Source of the DNA: Catajapyx aquilonaris
Taxonomy: Eukaryota
Direction of reading: 5' to 3'
Length of the DNA stretch: 56,073 bases
NCBI GenBank assembly: GCA_000934665.2
Contig: JYFJ02002486.1
Span: 1 to 56,073, forward strand
Shown here: positions 1 to 12,227 of the stretch, one piece after another
Layout: each line of letters opens with the position of its first letter
Position numbering within the stretch: position 1 is the first letter of the stretch
Translations under genes and position numbers: made by a program
The notes under the pieces: generated by a model
What the model saw: only the letters and a program-made list of their open reading frames with translations
Told to the model about the DNA's origin: nothing
The model's database searches: none

Positions 1-207
1 CGTTTGTTCGATCCTAACTATAGTGGCAGCAAAATCAGAATCATGAAGTTCTTTCCTCAAGCCAGCGTACTTCAGAAGAGTCTGTTTGCCGTTATCCATC
101 AGGTCTGATAATTTTTCCTTGCACCATTTTCTCTTCTGGCAGATTATGCATAGGTTGTGGTTGCACGTTCCAGCCGTATCAACTAAGGAGCACACCGTTG
201 ACGCCAT
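1..207 (-). CDS. Partial ORF running off the window end; uncharacterised protein with an N-terminal CxxC motif, possibly transposon-encoded
   Basis: A splice acceptor (ttattcag|gct) is followed by ATG at 207 and 69 open codons to base 1: MASTVCSLVDTAGTCNHNLCIICQKRKWCKEKLSDLMDNGKQTLLKYAGLRKELHD... It is absent from the ORF track because no stop lies inside the window. Confidence 0.5.
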   Translation of the reverse strand, partial: MASTVCSLVDTAGTCNHNLCIICQKRKWCKEKLSDLMDNGKQTLLKYAGLRKELHDSDFAATIVRIEQT

Positions 208-342
208 AGCCTGAATAAACGGCAGTATTTTAAAAAATGACAAAATATACTAAAAGTGACTACCTTCAGTAACACAATTTTGTTGCCAAATTGTATTTCG
301 TACGGTGTAAAATATTACTTAAAAACACGTAACACACACCCA

Positions 343-600
343 GGCGTGCATCCCTATCCTTGTGAGGTTTTTCCAAAATTTAAAATTTAAAACTAACCTA
401 ACATAACCTACAAAAAACACACCAAATTTTGGGGAAATATATTTTTACTGTCTTTATGAGGTATTTGTCGATTTTTCCCTATCCTTGTGAGGCGAGTGTT
501 CACTATGAGGTACAGGAAAACTACCTCGTAATGACAATATTCCTCACAAGGATAGGAAAACGCGCAAACACACTCCTCACAAGGATGGCAATGCGCGTCC
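343..600. mobile_element. Small TIR element (MITE) in a (CA)n tract
   Basis: Imperfect terminal inverted repeats ggcgtgcatccctatccttgtgagg / cctcacaaggatggcaatgcgcgtcc, internal repeats of cctcacaaggat(agg), and CA runs on both flanks. Confidence 0.55.
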
Positions 601-626
601 ACACACACCCACACACACAAACTCTT

Positions 627-963
627 GTCTTGACTAAGGCGTGGGGACGGACATTGATCACTTTTCACTGCGAGGGTTAACTGATCTAACCTAACCTAAC
701 CTAACCTAACCTAACCTTACCTAACCTATCCTACCTAACCTACCTTACCCTAAGTAACCTAGGCTGAGAAAAATGGACTTTTGTGAAAACCTACAAATGA
801 AAATAGTGGGGACATGTCCCCACTAATTTACACATGTCCCCACTGTAATGGTACACTTCGCGTGTGTGAGACTGTGGGGACCGACAAATGTCCCCACAAT
901 TGGAACTGGTCCCCACAGCTACAGTAAAACCACAGACTTCCGTCCCCACACCTTAGTCAAGAC
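627..963. mobile_element. Small TIR element (MITE) with an internal (CCTAA)n tract
   Basis: TIRs gtcttgactaaggcgtggggacg / cgtccccacaccttagtcaagac, repeated gtccccac/gtggggac subterminal motifs, (cctaa)n at about 686-760, and CA-rich flanks. Confidence 0.65.
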
Positions 964-2664
964 CTGATCACCCACCCTCACCCACCCTCACCCACCCTCA
1001 CCCACACTAGTCTACGTAGTATACACATTCAACCACTATAAACTATATATCTGAGACATTTTAAACTCCAAAAACAAGAAGACGCACGGAGTTCACGTAA
1101 TCGCAGCAAAGTTTCGGCGGCCATCTTGGGCGCCATCTTGGAACCCATGCCCTCCAAACTTATAGTATAAGTACATTTTGAGCGTTGCAATGTGTTTGGC
1201 ATCCGAGAAAACCCCTAAGCAGACGTTTAAATCATTATTTTAAGCCAACGGACAAGGGAGATATATGACAACAGAGTTTTGGCCGCCATCTTGAATATCG
1301 GACTTCCGGTCCAAATTTCGCTTTGGCAACAGGCATTTTCGTATTCAGCGGGGTCGAAATACCCTAAAAACGTTGTTTCCCCAATTGTTACATGAAATGC
1401 TTCTTGCACCTTACAGAGATGTATTTCCTACTTATGGGCCTGGTCTATTATGCTACGATACCTTAGATTGGCAATGAATTTCACTATAATACAGACTTCC
1501 ATGGTGAGGATTCCAGCAACTGCTCATTTAATCTCTATGAATGTGGATAGAAATTCCTCTCCTACTTCTTGATATTTACGTACTAATAGTATGCAATATA
1601 CAGTATATTATAGTGTAATATTATAGCCAAAAGTCCAGTGGACAACTTATTGGTATGCTTTAATTTGGTATAGGACTATAGCCCTATAGGTAGTGAGAAA
1701 CATAATCAATTGCAAAACTTTTCTATCAGCACTTGTAATTTTTACCCATCTAGCCCATTATATGTCATTAAGAGTAAAATAATGTATGTAATAATGTATG
1801 TAAAATTGTATGAAGGTACAGTGAAACCTACATTTAGCGGAATCCCACCATTCCACGGAAACTTTTCATAACTCAGTTAGCCTAATAGAAAAATGTCCAC
1901 CACAAAGCTTACCTTTTCACCTGACACTGGCAGGTCGATTATTCACCATGATCCAGTTCATCTGATTTGTGAAATGGCCTTAGTGATATGCAGCATGTAC
2001 TGTACATTACACACAAGGTTTTATTCACTGGGGGACCTAACAATGCTGTCAGTTTCTGTGTTAGAGAGGTTCTGCTAAATCTGACAAACACTCACGGGAT
2101 ATCATATCATGCTAGCAGGATAGCAATTTTAAAAAAAATAGTAGACGACTTATGCTGGGTTACGCAAGAAACTGCATTACGCAAGAAACTTATGATATCC
2201 TTGTTTCTGCAGACAATAAAACTGTGCTGGGAATTATAAATCTGGTAATTGCTCAAATGAAAGGTACAATGATATGGTGCAATTCTTATTTTATTACAAA
2301 TCATTCAAATCTATTCTAATACGTGTACATTATGCAGTTAATTTTTTTTCTCCATTTGCTTGAAATTTAATTCCCCAATATGGGTATGTAGTGCAAGCAT
2401 TAAAAATAATGGATATATTATGCCACACAAGTACTCTTGAAAATGACTGCAAAATACAGCATTTATAGATATTTCAAGACCTGTAATGACCAATATTTAA
2501 ATCCCACTTGTGATTCATTACATAACAGGAAATAATTTAAATGGAAGAATACAAAGCAAGTAAATCCCAAAGCCAGCAAGCCCACATTGTTCCTGTACCC
2601 CCAATAACTTAGGCCTCTTTCACCAAGGGAACGTCCTGTTCAGGAATGGCTTATGGTTGTTTCT

Positions 2665-5600
2665 TCATTTGGCAGGGATAGGTTCTTTGGATTCACATGA
2701 CTCTGTTAATTCTGCAAATATGAAACATGATACCACATCATTATTTTGCAACAATTTCAAGCATGGCTGGTCACTTATTGCATTACCCACCTGGGCTTAA
2801 ACACTCCTGAGAAGCTTCATCAAAATTGGTTCCCTCAGGGCAAGTCTTGACCACAATCTTGAAAGAGTCACCATCCCAGATGCAGCGGTAATACCTGTTG
2901 CAATAAAGAGGATGGCGTTGAGCCCGGTCCTTATTTCTGGTGGTGCACCTAAGATATATTTCTTCTATATCGGGGAGGGGAGGCTCAGTAGTGGTGGTGG
3001 GATAGCCTGTGGTTGTTGTCATGATGTCTTCTAATGTTGTTGGATTGAGTGTAGTCATCACCATGGTAGTGGGTACACCAGTTGTGGTTATGTAGACAGG
3101 ACAGCCAGCAGGAAGAGTCGACATGTCAATGCCACCTAGAAAACCACATGATGAAATTAATGTTAGTGTCATAAACACCATGTTGTTCCGAATGAACACT
3201 CTCATGAGTGTTGCATCGCTGATCTTGCTATATTATTGTACATGTCAAGGTACTTTTGATGTGTGACTGCAGGTGTATTAATATACGAGATCTGATGATT
3301 TGATCATATTTATAATGAGTGCTGACCATTTCTGCAATCACTGTAGCCCACATCCTTAAAAGTCGGATCATTCCATGTGAATGTGAGGCAAGGGTATTGA
3401 CTTGACCCCAAGGGAATTTGTTGCAACAAGTAATGCGAAGGCATACCCAAGAGATGATTTCAAAACCTAAGTTTCAAAACCTAAGAATTTTGCGACAATG
3501 TGTATACCAGACACATGGCTGTTTCAAAATGGCACATGGGGCATATTCAGCATGACATTTAGATTTTTTTTTCTGATGGTAGCCTATATGTGCAGGGTAT
3601 TGTGCATGTAGGCAGGTAACACTGGAAGGGGATAGTTTATGACTGTGTCCTGTATCATTGGACAAAACTTGAAATGTATTTTAAGTACAGTTGTGAAAGG
3701 TTGAAATTCTCAAACTTACACCTCCTGGGTATAAAATGCTTTTGCTTGGGTTTTAAAAGAATTCCCCCCTTGCTAGAAAGGGATTGTGGACGATTCGCAT
3801 ATCATTGGACAGGGCTTGAAATGTCACTACTACGATTATTAGTGGCAGAGAAACAATGTACAGCATAGAATCTACCAATGGGTCACGATTGAGCCAGGCA
3901 CTATGTCAAGAGGCTTGATCCCTATTGACTAATGCTATTTTGTTCCACCTTAGAAAAAAGAAGAGTTATTGCCTTTGACACAAGAGGTTAACAGTTTGCA
4001 AAATACTGTATTTTTGGCGTACGGAAGATTGTTATGATTTTAATGGAAGGATAAAATCAATGGGATCTCACCTGAACTACCTTCTGACCCATTCTGTCCA
4101 GCACCTCCTTCTTGTCCACTTTGGCCTCCATCTCCGCCTTGCCCTCCTTGCCCTCCATCTCCACCTTGACCACCTTGACCTCCGTCTCCACCCTGTCCTC
4201 CTTGCCCCCCTTGCCCCCCTTGTCCCTCTTGTCCACCCTGTCCCTCTTGTCCACCCTGTCCCTCTTGTCCACCCTGTCCCCCCTGTCCTCCTTGTCCATC
4301 CTGTCCGCCAGCTCCTCCTTGACCATTATCTGTCAAAGCTCCACTTGTGCTACAGCCCCTGTCCGGATACACCCATTCAGGATGATTGCAGACACTGAGT
4401 GCAACATCAAAGATCGTACTCTGGGGGCAAGTAAAGTGGTAAACATGGAAAGCTCCTGTTTCATTATTGTGAGATACGCAGCGGTAAAATCTTCTGCAGT
4501 CTTCTGGGTGAGCATAAAATCCATCAGCAGGACAGTTAATGTTGGCATTGGGTCCTCCGACAGAGCTGGAACTGCTGGTTGTTGTTGAGCCTTCCTCAGA
4601 GAAGTCTTCCAAATCATTCCGATCTGTGTAAGCATTTTGCAATTAGTAATTAATACAATTTGCATCGGTACAGTACGTCTGCTTTTCTACGCACTGCCTG
4701 AAAAGCTTTTGCATCACCCTACAGGAAAGTAACCTCTCTGTTCCAAAGTGTATTTCACCTGCCCATTATTTTTGTCATACCTGTTACTTTAAAACTGTAT
4801 AGTAATATGAGGCGCATGTGGTGCTGGCCGTTTCAGGTGTACACGAGGAATATTGAAAAAGTTTTCGTGCCCCTGGTAGGTGTCATTCGGTATCCGCAGT
4901 CTTGCTACGGAGAGGATTTTCTTACGAGTTGTAACGTATCCTGGAAGGTTTGCACCCACCTACATAAGAGCAGAGGCGGAAAGAAAGGTCCATTCTCTAT
5001 ATAGGCTTCTGGCAAGCATAGAACCCAAGGACCAATACCAAGCACAGCCACTGCACTGTAAGGAAAGCACATACCAATGCTATCCTTCGAATACTGTTCG
5101 AGACTTCGAGTGGCAGCGATACCAAGGACACAAGGCACGCAACCTCTCCTTGATAATGACCCACTTTCTGTGAGTCCATCAGTTGTGTTGGGTGCATTTG
5201 ATAGTCAGCCCCTGCGGCCCTGCCCAAATATATTTCACTTGGATTGGTAATGGTATGTCTGTATTCCGTCTTGCTACTGGTGTCACCAAGTGCAGCAAGT
5301 GTGTGGTCTGGGATAATGCATAGCGTGCAGGTTGGCCTGTATACTTGCTACCACCTCGTAGCTATAAGGTGATTCTGATGCCAAGTTGGCACCCATGAGA
5401 GTACTTAAAAGTTATACTCCACACTGATTGGCATTAATTATTTATAATATCAGCACCTATACTTTAACCTGAGAAAAGACTACGTCACATAGTGTTCATA
5501 ATAGAGCTGTCGCGTTTCCCAAGGTGTGGCTGTCTGATCCTGTTGAGTTATGTGACCCAAAATCTGACAGAATGATAATTTACGACTCCACCCCTAGTGT

Positions 5601-5819
5601 TACAGGATTGCTGAACGGGATGAACTAGCCCCCTCTCAATACATAATTAAAACTCATTGTTGAGTAATGCATAGTGTGAAGTGTCAGCTGTAAACAATAA
5701 TACGGACAGGTGGTCTCCAGTTGAGCAACGGTCTCATACTTACCAATCATACGAGTGGAAGTGTACTCCAATAGAGTACCAAGGCACAAGAGCAGAATGG
5801 AAATCCTGACGTCGATCAT
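2665..5819 (-). CDS. Secreted chitin-binding protein with two ChtBD2 (peritrophin-A/CBM14) domains, a Gly/Gln repeat and a Thr-rich linker; about 339 aa, 4 coding exons
   Basis: Exons 5819-5744 (signal peptide MIDVRISILLLCLGTLLEYTST), 4623-4072, 3135-2791 and 2711-2665 have GT-AG, phase-1 junctions that all join in frame. Domain 1 is CPADGFYAHPEDCRRFYRC...FTCPQSTIFD...VC...GC. Domain 2 is C...HPLYCNRYYRC...TCPEGTNFDEASQEC, with its sixth Cys supplied by the last exon (ELTESC). Confidence 0.85.
4100..4322 (-). repeat. Coding minisatellite (9/18-bp units) encoding (GGQEGQ/GGQGGD)n
   Basis: Tandem tgtccaccctgtccctct-like units lie within exon 2 of the chitin-binding gene. Confidence 0.85.
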
Positions 5820-8497
5820 TTTGGCCACCTGAAATGGAAAAGGCATTAATCCCCAATCATAGTCTTATTAATGACTCACCGGTCGCAAGTTGTCACAACA
5901 AGGGGTCGTACTGTAAATTATGCTGGCACAGCATTGTCTCCTGCGTGATTTGAATTGGCATCCGCGATGCAATCGCCGTGCATTGAATTTGACACATGAC
6001 AAGTTGCAAAGGCAGCCGGATCCCGTTACTGATTTCCCGCCAATAGGGCAGCCATCTTGGGCTTTTCATTTTCTTACCTTCCTTGGAATCTGTCCAACAA
6101 CCTTGGCCTTGACCCTCCATGAGCAAGCCCCAACGGGACATGATCCCATTTCATCTCATTTGGCCATCACCTTACCTTTTTTTTCTTTTTTTTTTTGCAC
6201 ATGCAGATTGTTTCCCGCTGCTCCAGTAAACTAGGCGTATGCGTCATACCAAAGTGATATGATAATGAAATAATTGTTGTAAGGTATTGATTGACAGATT
6301 TTTAATGATGATGGTTTTCGTGGGATCAGATAGTCTACATTAATTAATGCATGCCTCGGTTCTATCAACGCAAATTAAAGTATACTATAATCTCCGATTG
6401 TGAGGAAATCAGGTGCATAAAGGGACATTTTTCCTTAAGTTGTCACAAGTTTTGCCCTTATTACCTGCAAACAGATGTTAATATATTTTTAAGCTGATAT
6501 TTTACGGCTTTATTGATGGATAGTGTGTATGTAGCCATAAAGTAAAAACTAAGCATCAACTAGTGAAGACATTATTTCGTTACATGGTTGCACACTTACG
6601 CTACTAGTTTTGTTGTTGTTTTTTTTTTGCAAAATATTAAAGTCTGTAGTAAAGAAATTGTTTGATTGATTGCTCTTGGATTGCATCCAATTATTGACTT
6701 GGATTGCTCTGAAATGTCTATTCTGATGACTCGTTTAATAACTTTTTTATCAATTAGCATATCACCATTAGGAACAAAAAATTTCGCAGCAGTTGTTTCT
6801 TCCTGGACCAGTGAGTGTGAGAACCTAAGAGTGTTAGTAGTCTAGATGAGTTTGACAGCTAAAGTAGCATGGGAATAGGTTTTCGAAGCTTTGCTTTATA
6901 TGCACTGGACTTGCGAGCAATAATTACCACGTTGGCTGTAACTCATATACCGATGTGAGTCTTCAATGGTCAGTGAACTTCCTCCTGGTGGTGCTTCCCG
7001 CCCCCTCCCCTACTCTTCACAAGGGATGTTGAACTAATGGAACGGACGCCTGCGTGCATATATTTGCACCACAACTTCCGTATTGTTAGCTTCATCCTTT
7101 TACATTGTTGGCTTTTGAGGATGTTCTTTTGGACTTGCGGAACGTTTGCTGATTTTAAGCATGACAGAACTTCTTTGGTGTAGATCACGTTTGATTTTTT
7201 TTACATTAGTTTTTAATCACGCAGATAAAAATGCATCTCCATACTCGCAATTCAAAGATACGCCTTGGCAAAAAAATAAAAATCGACGTAATCGATACAT
7301 TGAATGTGTACCGGTATACACGATACAGTGTGAGTTAATCATTCCTCGGAGGTCAACTTGTGGGAGTTCTCGGAAGGAACACCGATGATGGCATGCAGAT
7401 AGTTCAGTTATTTATAGGACAAGATGAAGCTGGGTTTTCCCCTGCATAAAGTATTCGGATTTTTTGCGCAGGCATTTATGGTGACCCATACTGCAGGACG
7501 GCATGCACAGACTTCTAATTGACATTTAAATAACCTGCATTTTCTGTCAAGTTTTAAATAATAATATGTTTAAACTGTAAATAATAATTTTCCTACCAGT
7601 AGAGTTTCATGATGGAGATCATTTATTTATTAACCGTTGTGAGGCCTCTGGGGACACACAGCGCAAAGAATTACAAAATATAATTATACTAAAATAGTAC
7701 AATATTACTCGTACATACGTGTATGAAATGACAAAGGAGCTCGTAGGTTGCACCATACCACGCCATCCTCGAAAACTTTTGTAAGCGCTGCGACCAGGCT
7801 GCGACATTAGTTTTACATGATCGGTAACAAAAGTTTTCTTATTAATTTATCGGCAATAAAATTATTTTGAATCCCAGTTACAGTATGTCTTTAAGCCATT
7901 ACAGGCGTAAATTCATGGTGTCATGTCGTAAAAATAATTAAGCGCTACCTGCTAAATTCCATTCACTTTATTTCGTCCTTCTTAATCACAGCACTACTCG
8001 TACAAACTGACCTAGCCAATGCAATGGCACGCAAATTGAAAACTACACGCAAGGAAGGAAACATCGTACACACGGTACGTGCAATAAGCTCGTTAAAATA
8101 TAATCATAAGTTACCCATCTCAAAAATTATTATCTTCACATTTTATCTCGCGACAACTTCGCATATAAATATCAGCATTCGCATGTAAATGGCGCTCTGG
8201 ATGTCCATAAAACATCTACCTGTCAGTATAATGGCAACAGGAGGACTGTTAACAAGTTATGCCCTTGCCCTTAACCTTCGGCAATCACTGCACAACAGGT
8301 TTGACTGCCTGAGTGCTCCTCAAGTGTGTGAGCAAAGTGTTTGCTCTCCACTAATCAAAGGAGGGCGTTTCCACCTTTCCAAAAGTGGAAACAAAACTTT
8401 TTTAAAAAACTAGGTTTGTATATTATAGCACCTTAAGGCCAAACGCGGTATCGGTGGTTAAATAATAGGCAGAAATTATTGTGTTTAGCTTGCACTC

Positions 8498-9588
8498 CCC
8501 CAGTGAAAATATCCATATGGATTATCCATAAGAAAAATCATGGAGATTTGGGTGCACGAAATCTCCATGATTTTCATGTGGATAATCCATGACATCCACG
8601 TGGATATTCCTAGAAATTTGGATGGATAATCCATGAAATCCATGTGTACAATCCATGAAATCAATGACATCCATGTGGAGAATCCATAACATCCATAGGG
8701 AGAATCCATGAAATCCATGTGGACAATCCATAACATCCATAGGGAGAATCCATGAAATCTCGGGTAGCAAACCTTTATACTGGACCCACATGGGTTTGCT
8801 AACTGTGGATGGGGAAGTGGCTTCTTCACATGGTTGGTTGGTTGGTGTTCAAAGAAGTCCGGAGGTACCCGGCTTGTATGGCTCTTCTTGTTGAAATGTT
8901 GAGCCTTCACAGAAAAAGCCGCCTTTCCATACCGCGGATTGTCCTGCTCGCACCATAAGCATAAGCATTGCCATTGAATGACTCTAGAAAATTTATGTCA
9001 CAATGAAGTGCCTCGGGGGTAAATGAGCCGCATGCAGTGGAGTTTCCTGCCACCTTTGCACACGTGTAATGGCCGAAATTAATTCGCATTGTTGTGGGAT
9101 AAATCGGAGAAGACTTGCAACGATACACCGACTGGCAGCGCCATCTGGACGATGGAAGCTGCCCATGTGGCGCCGATATATCCACTATATTGGTTAAATA
9201 GTGGCAATATTGCCAATGTGGCGCCGATATATCCGCTATGATTAAATAGTGGCAATATTGCCAATGTGGCGTCGATAATCCACTATATTGGTTAAATATG
9301 GATATATCCATATGATCCACGTTTTTATTATGGATGTACATGTCAAGGATTATCCATTGGGTCCATGAAAATGTTATGGATATCCATAAGATTCATACGA
9401 TCCACGGAAATTTTCATGGATATCCATGTAATCCACGTTTTTATTATTTAAGGATCCATTGGGTCCATGAAAATGTTAAGGATTATCCATAAGATTTATA
9501 CGATCCATGGAAATTTCATGGATATCCATGAGATCCATGAACATTATCATGGATATCCATGAAAAAAACAAGGATATTTTCACTGGGG
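8498..9588. mobile_element. Non-autonomous CACTA/EnSpm (CMC)-like DNA transposon
   Basis: A perfect 17-bp TIR ccccagtgaaaatatcc / ggatattttcactgggg with a 2-bp TSD (tc). Dense subterminal atccatg/catggat repeats occur at both ends, and there are three internal repeats of about 50 bp at about 9165-9300. Confidence 0.7.
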
Positions 9589-12004
9589 TCCCAGTTATAT
9601 GTGGGGTTGTTCAGGCCCTGTTTCTCATGAATGTTGCCGACCTTTGACTCAGCCACCCGACAATTAAATGGCAATAACTATTCGAGAACGTGTTGCGAAT
9701 TTTTTGGCAGCAAAAAGTGGCAGACATATTGTGGAAACTTGAATATTTGTGGATTATGGCATTTATGAAAGCAGGAATTTATGTGGCTACTTATAAGTCA
9801 TGATTGCTGTACATTAAGCTGGTTAGTTTATATGAGAGTAAGTGTTATATAATGACAAAAAGATAATAAAATTTTGATTACCAACTATTCCCCCTCTAAT
9901 TCTATACCATATGATTGAACGATACCAATTGTACGCCTGTCGTAAATAGGGAACAAGTTAGGCTAATAATAACATAACCATTCACACTGTGGCAATTACC
10001 ATGCAATAACATTATCAGGCAATGCTACTAATGAAGTAGTCGCATTCAGAGTATGAAACCAAACTTGGCGCGAGATACTCGGTCATTTGCCTTGAATGGT
10101 CACACACTCCCTTATAAGGCGTGGGTAAAATCACCACTTAAAACCAGTGGCCAGCAGTCATGGATGAGTGCAAAAAACAAGGCCACAAAAAATGTTGGGA
10201 AAGGATTTTGACAGTGGTCAGGTCATCACGAAATCAAGTTGCGTAATAGTACTAGTTTTTTCTTCTTCTTCAAATGCATGTGAGTAGGTAAGAGGAAGTT
10301 TGTAATTTTATAGGCATGGCTTCCACGAGGAAGATGCCAGCCTTCTATTTTGAAAGGGCCAGCATTCCTGCTCACGATAATTTGTGGGCTTAGTGAAAAG
10401 AGGCGGGTTTGTGCTGTACCGGATGCCGAATTTTTTTTAGTGGTGTCGTTAACCTCCTGTGAACTTGAAAACTTGCTTATTTCTACTCTCATATCTTTGT
10501 ATTTAATGATGTTGCATATAACTTAATATCGCCTGTGGTGTTGGGCCGACACAGTGGACTATTGCTGTGACAGGAGTGTAATTTTTTAGGATGGAAATTG
10601 GCTAGTTGTTGTTGGAGGCCAGAGAAACAGCTACAGTGTAAGGAGGTGAGGAATTCTGCCAAAAAATTAGCGGGCCTAACCACTGATTCACCTAAGGGGA
10701 CTTTTTAAACGCGAAAAAAAATGATAGCTTTCGAAGAGTGCGTGGGATATACAGGTTCGCAGCTTGATCGAAAATATGCAGTAACCCCCTTTTTTGTTAG
10801 TGGGTTGATAGTATCTACATGTGCGATCTACATACCACGTATGGTAATAAATACACAGTGCTGCGCATGATAATTTTTTGAGTGTACCGTACGTATAACT
10901 ACCGACTGGCAGTGTGGACAGAGCAAGAGGAAGTATGAATAATATAGGATGGAACTTCCGTTGCCGCCAATTGGTTATTGACGCAAGTGTACTTTTCGAT
11001 CTATTAAAAAATAACTCTGCTTTAATGTGTAGCCACTTACTCATAAAACAATTTATCAAAATTGGTAATTTTTCCACCAAAGCAGATACAGGAAAGAACG
11101 CGAGTCATGCTATTACACCATTGTTTTATTTATTTACTAGCAGTCGTGATGGGACTTGATTGATGTTTTTATTATCTTGCCTAATTTTGGGTATCTTGTG
11201 TAATTTCCCTGGTTAGCTAATCAGCTATCAGAGTGTCAATTTTCTCTAGGTAGCGTGGAATTAGGTTAGAAATTCTGATCATACAAACATTGTTATTTAT
11301 TTATTTATTTAATTTGACTCGTTCTATACGGCTATGAGATTGTTGTACGAAGAGTACTGAAGTATAAGATCAAATTTTACTGCGACAAGAGCACTATAAT
11401 ATTATCACCCGTGTGCCTTACAATGCTTACATAATATTTTCAACTGACACGCTGTGTCCTTCCATGTTAAATCCACATGTAATATCATTAATTGCAATAT
11501 AAATTGTGCAATCCTCCATAAAAATAAATCCATTTAAAGGATACAGACCCATGTAAGGCACAGATCCCAAAGGAGAGGGAAACCAAATACCAGCTGAAAA
11601 TAATACATCATTTATCATAGTCATGGTCAACCACAGTATAAATACTGTCACATTATTTAGAATCCAACTTCACTTGCAACCGCTATTGTAATAATTGTCG
11701 TACCTATTTATAGCTCGGACTCCAGATGTGGCAGTTGCCAAACCCGTACGTCGACTCCAAAATAATCAAGCCCATGCCATGTAATGAATATCATTACACG
11801 ACGTGTGGATTAAGAAAACGTGTACCTGACAGCGCGACTCGAAATGATAAATCGACCATAGCAACATCCCCAGATCTCTGGAATCGGTATGGAAGCCACG
11901 TATCCCACAGAAATCCGGTTAATTAGAATCCCAAGGTCGAGTTCAAGGCAGCTTCCAAAGGACGTTGAAACCAAGCGCATCCAACCAGGTGTACCTATAT
12001 TTCT

Positions 12005-12227
12005 TTTTTCATACGTGGTCTGACACCTTCTGAGATACTAACCCCCGCCCATATCAACCTTTTCTATATGAACAATACTGAGGGCCGGATATGAGTCGCT
12101 ATCGGTCACACTCCATACCTTGGTACAACTCACAAAATAACTGAAACCTGTTCGCCTCTGCTGGGAATCGAACCCAGGTCCACCCTTATATCTAAGAGTG
12201 TGTTCTGCCATTAAACTACAAAAGCTC
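12005..12227 (-). mobile_element. tRNA-derived SINE (family 3)
   Basis: The minus strand starts agagcttttgtagtttaatggcagaac..., with an A box (tagtttaatgg) and a B box (ggttcgattcc) followed by a non-tRNA body. The 3' boundary is approximate. Confidence 0.55.

Noticed and set aside
686..760. (CCTAA)n as a true telomere
   Set aside because: The tract is short, degenerate and enclosed within MITE TIRs.
4057..4665. Overlapping alternative-frame and antisense ORFs
   Set aside because: They are by-products of the Gly/Gln coding repeat.
4830..5230. Hydrophobic ORF fragments in intron 1 of the chitin-binding gene
   Set aside because: The frames are interrupted by stops, I found no compatible splice sites, and there is no recognisable motif.
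8520..9560. Regularly spaced atccatg repeats that could suggest a CRISPR-like array, and ORFs 8485-8910 and 8522-8791
   Set aside because: The repeats are short and degenerate, with no constant repeat and unique spacer structure. They are subterminal repeats of a TIR element in a eukaryotic genome.
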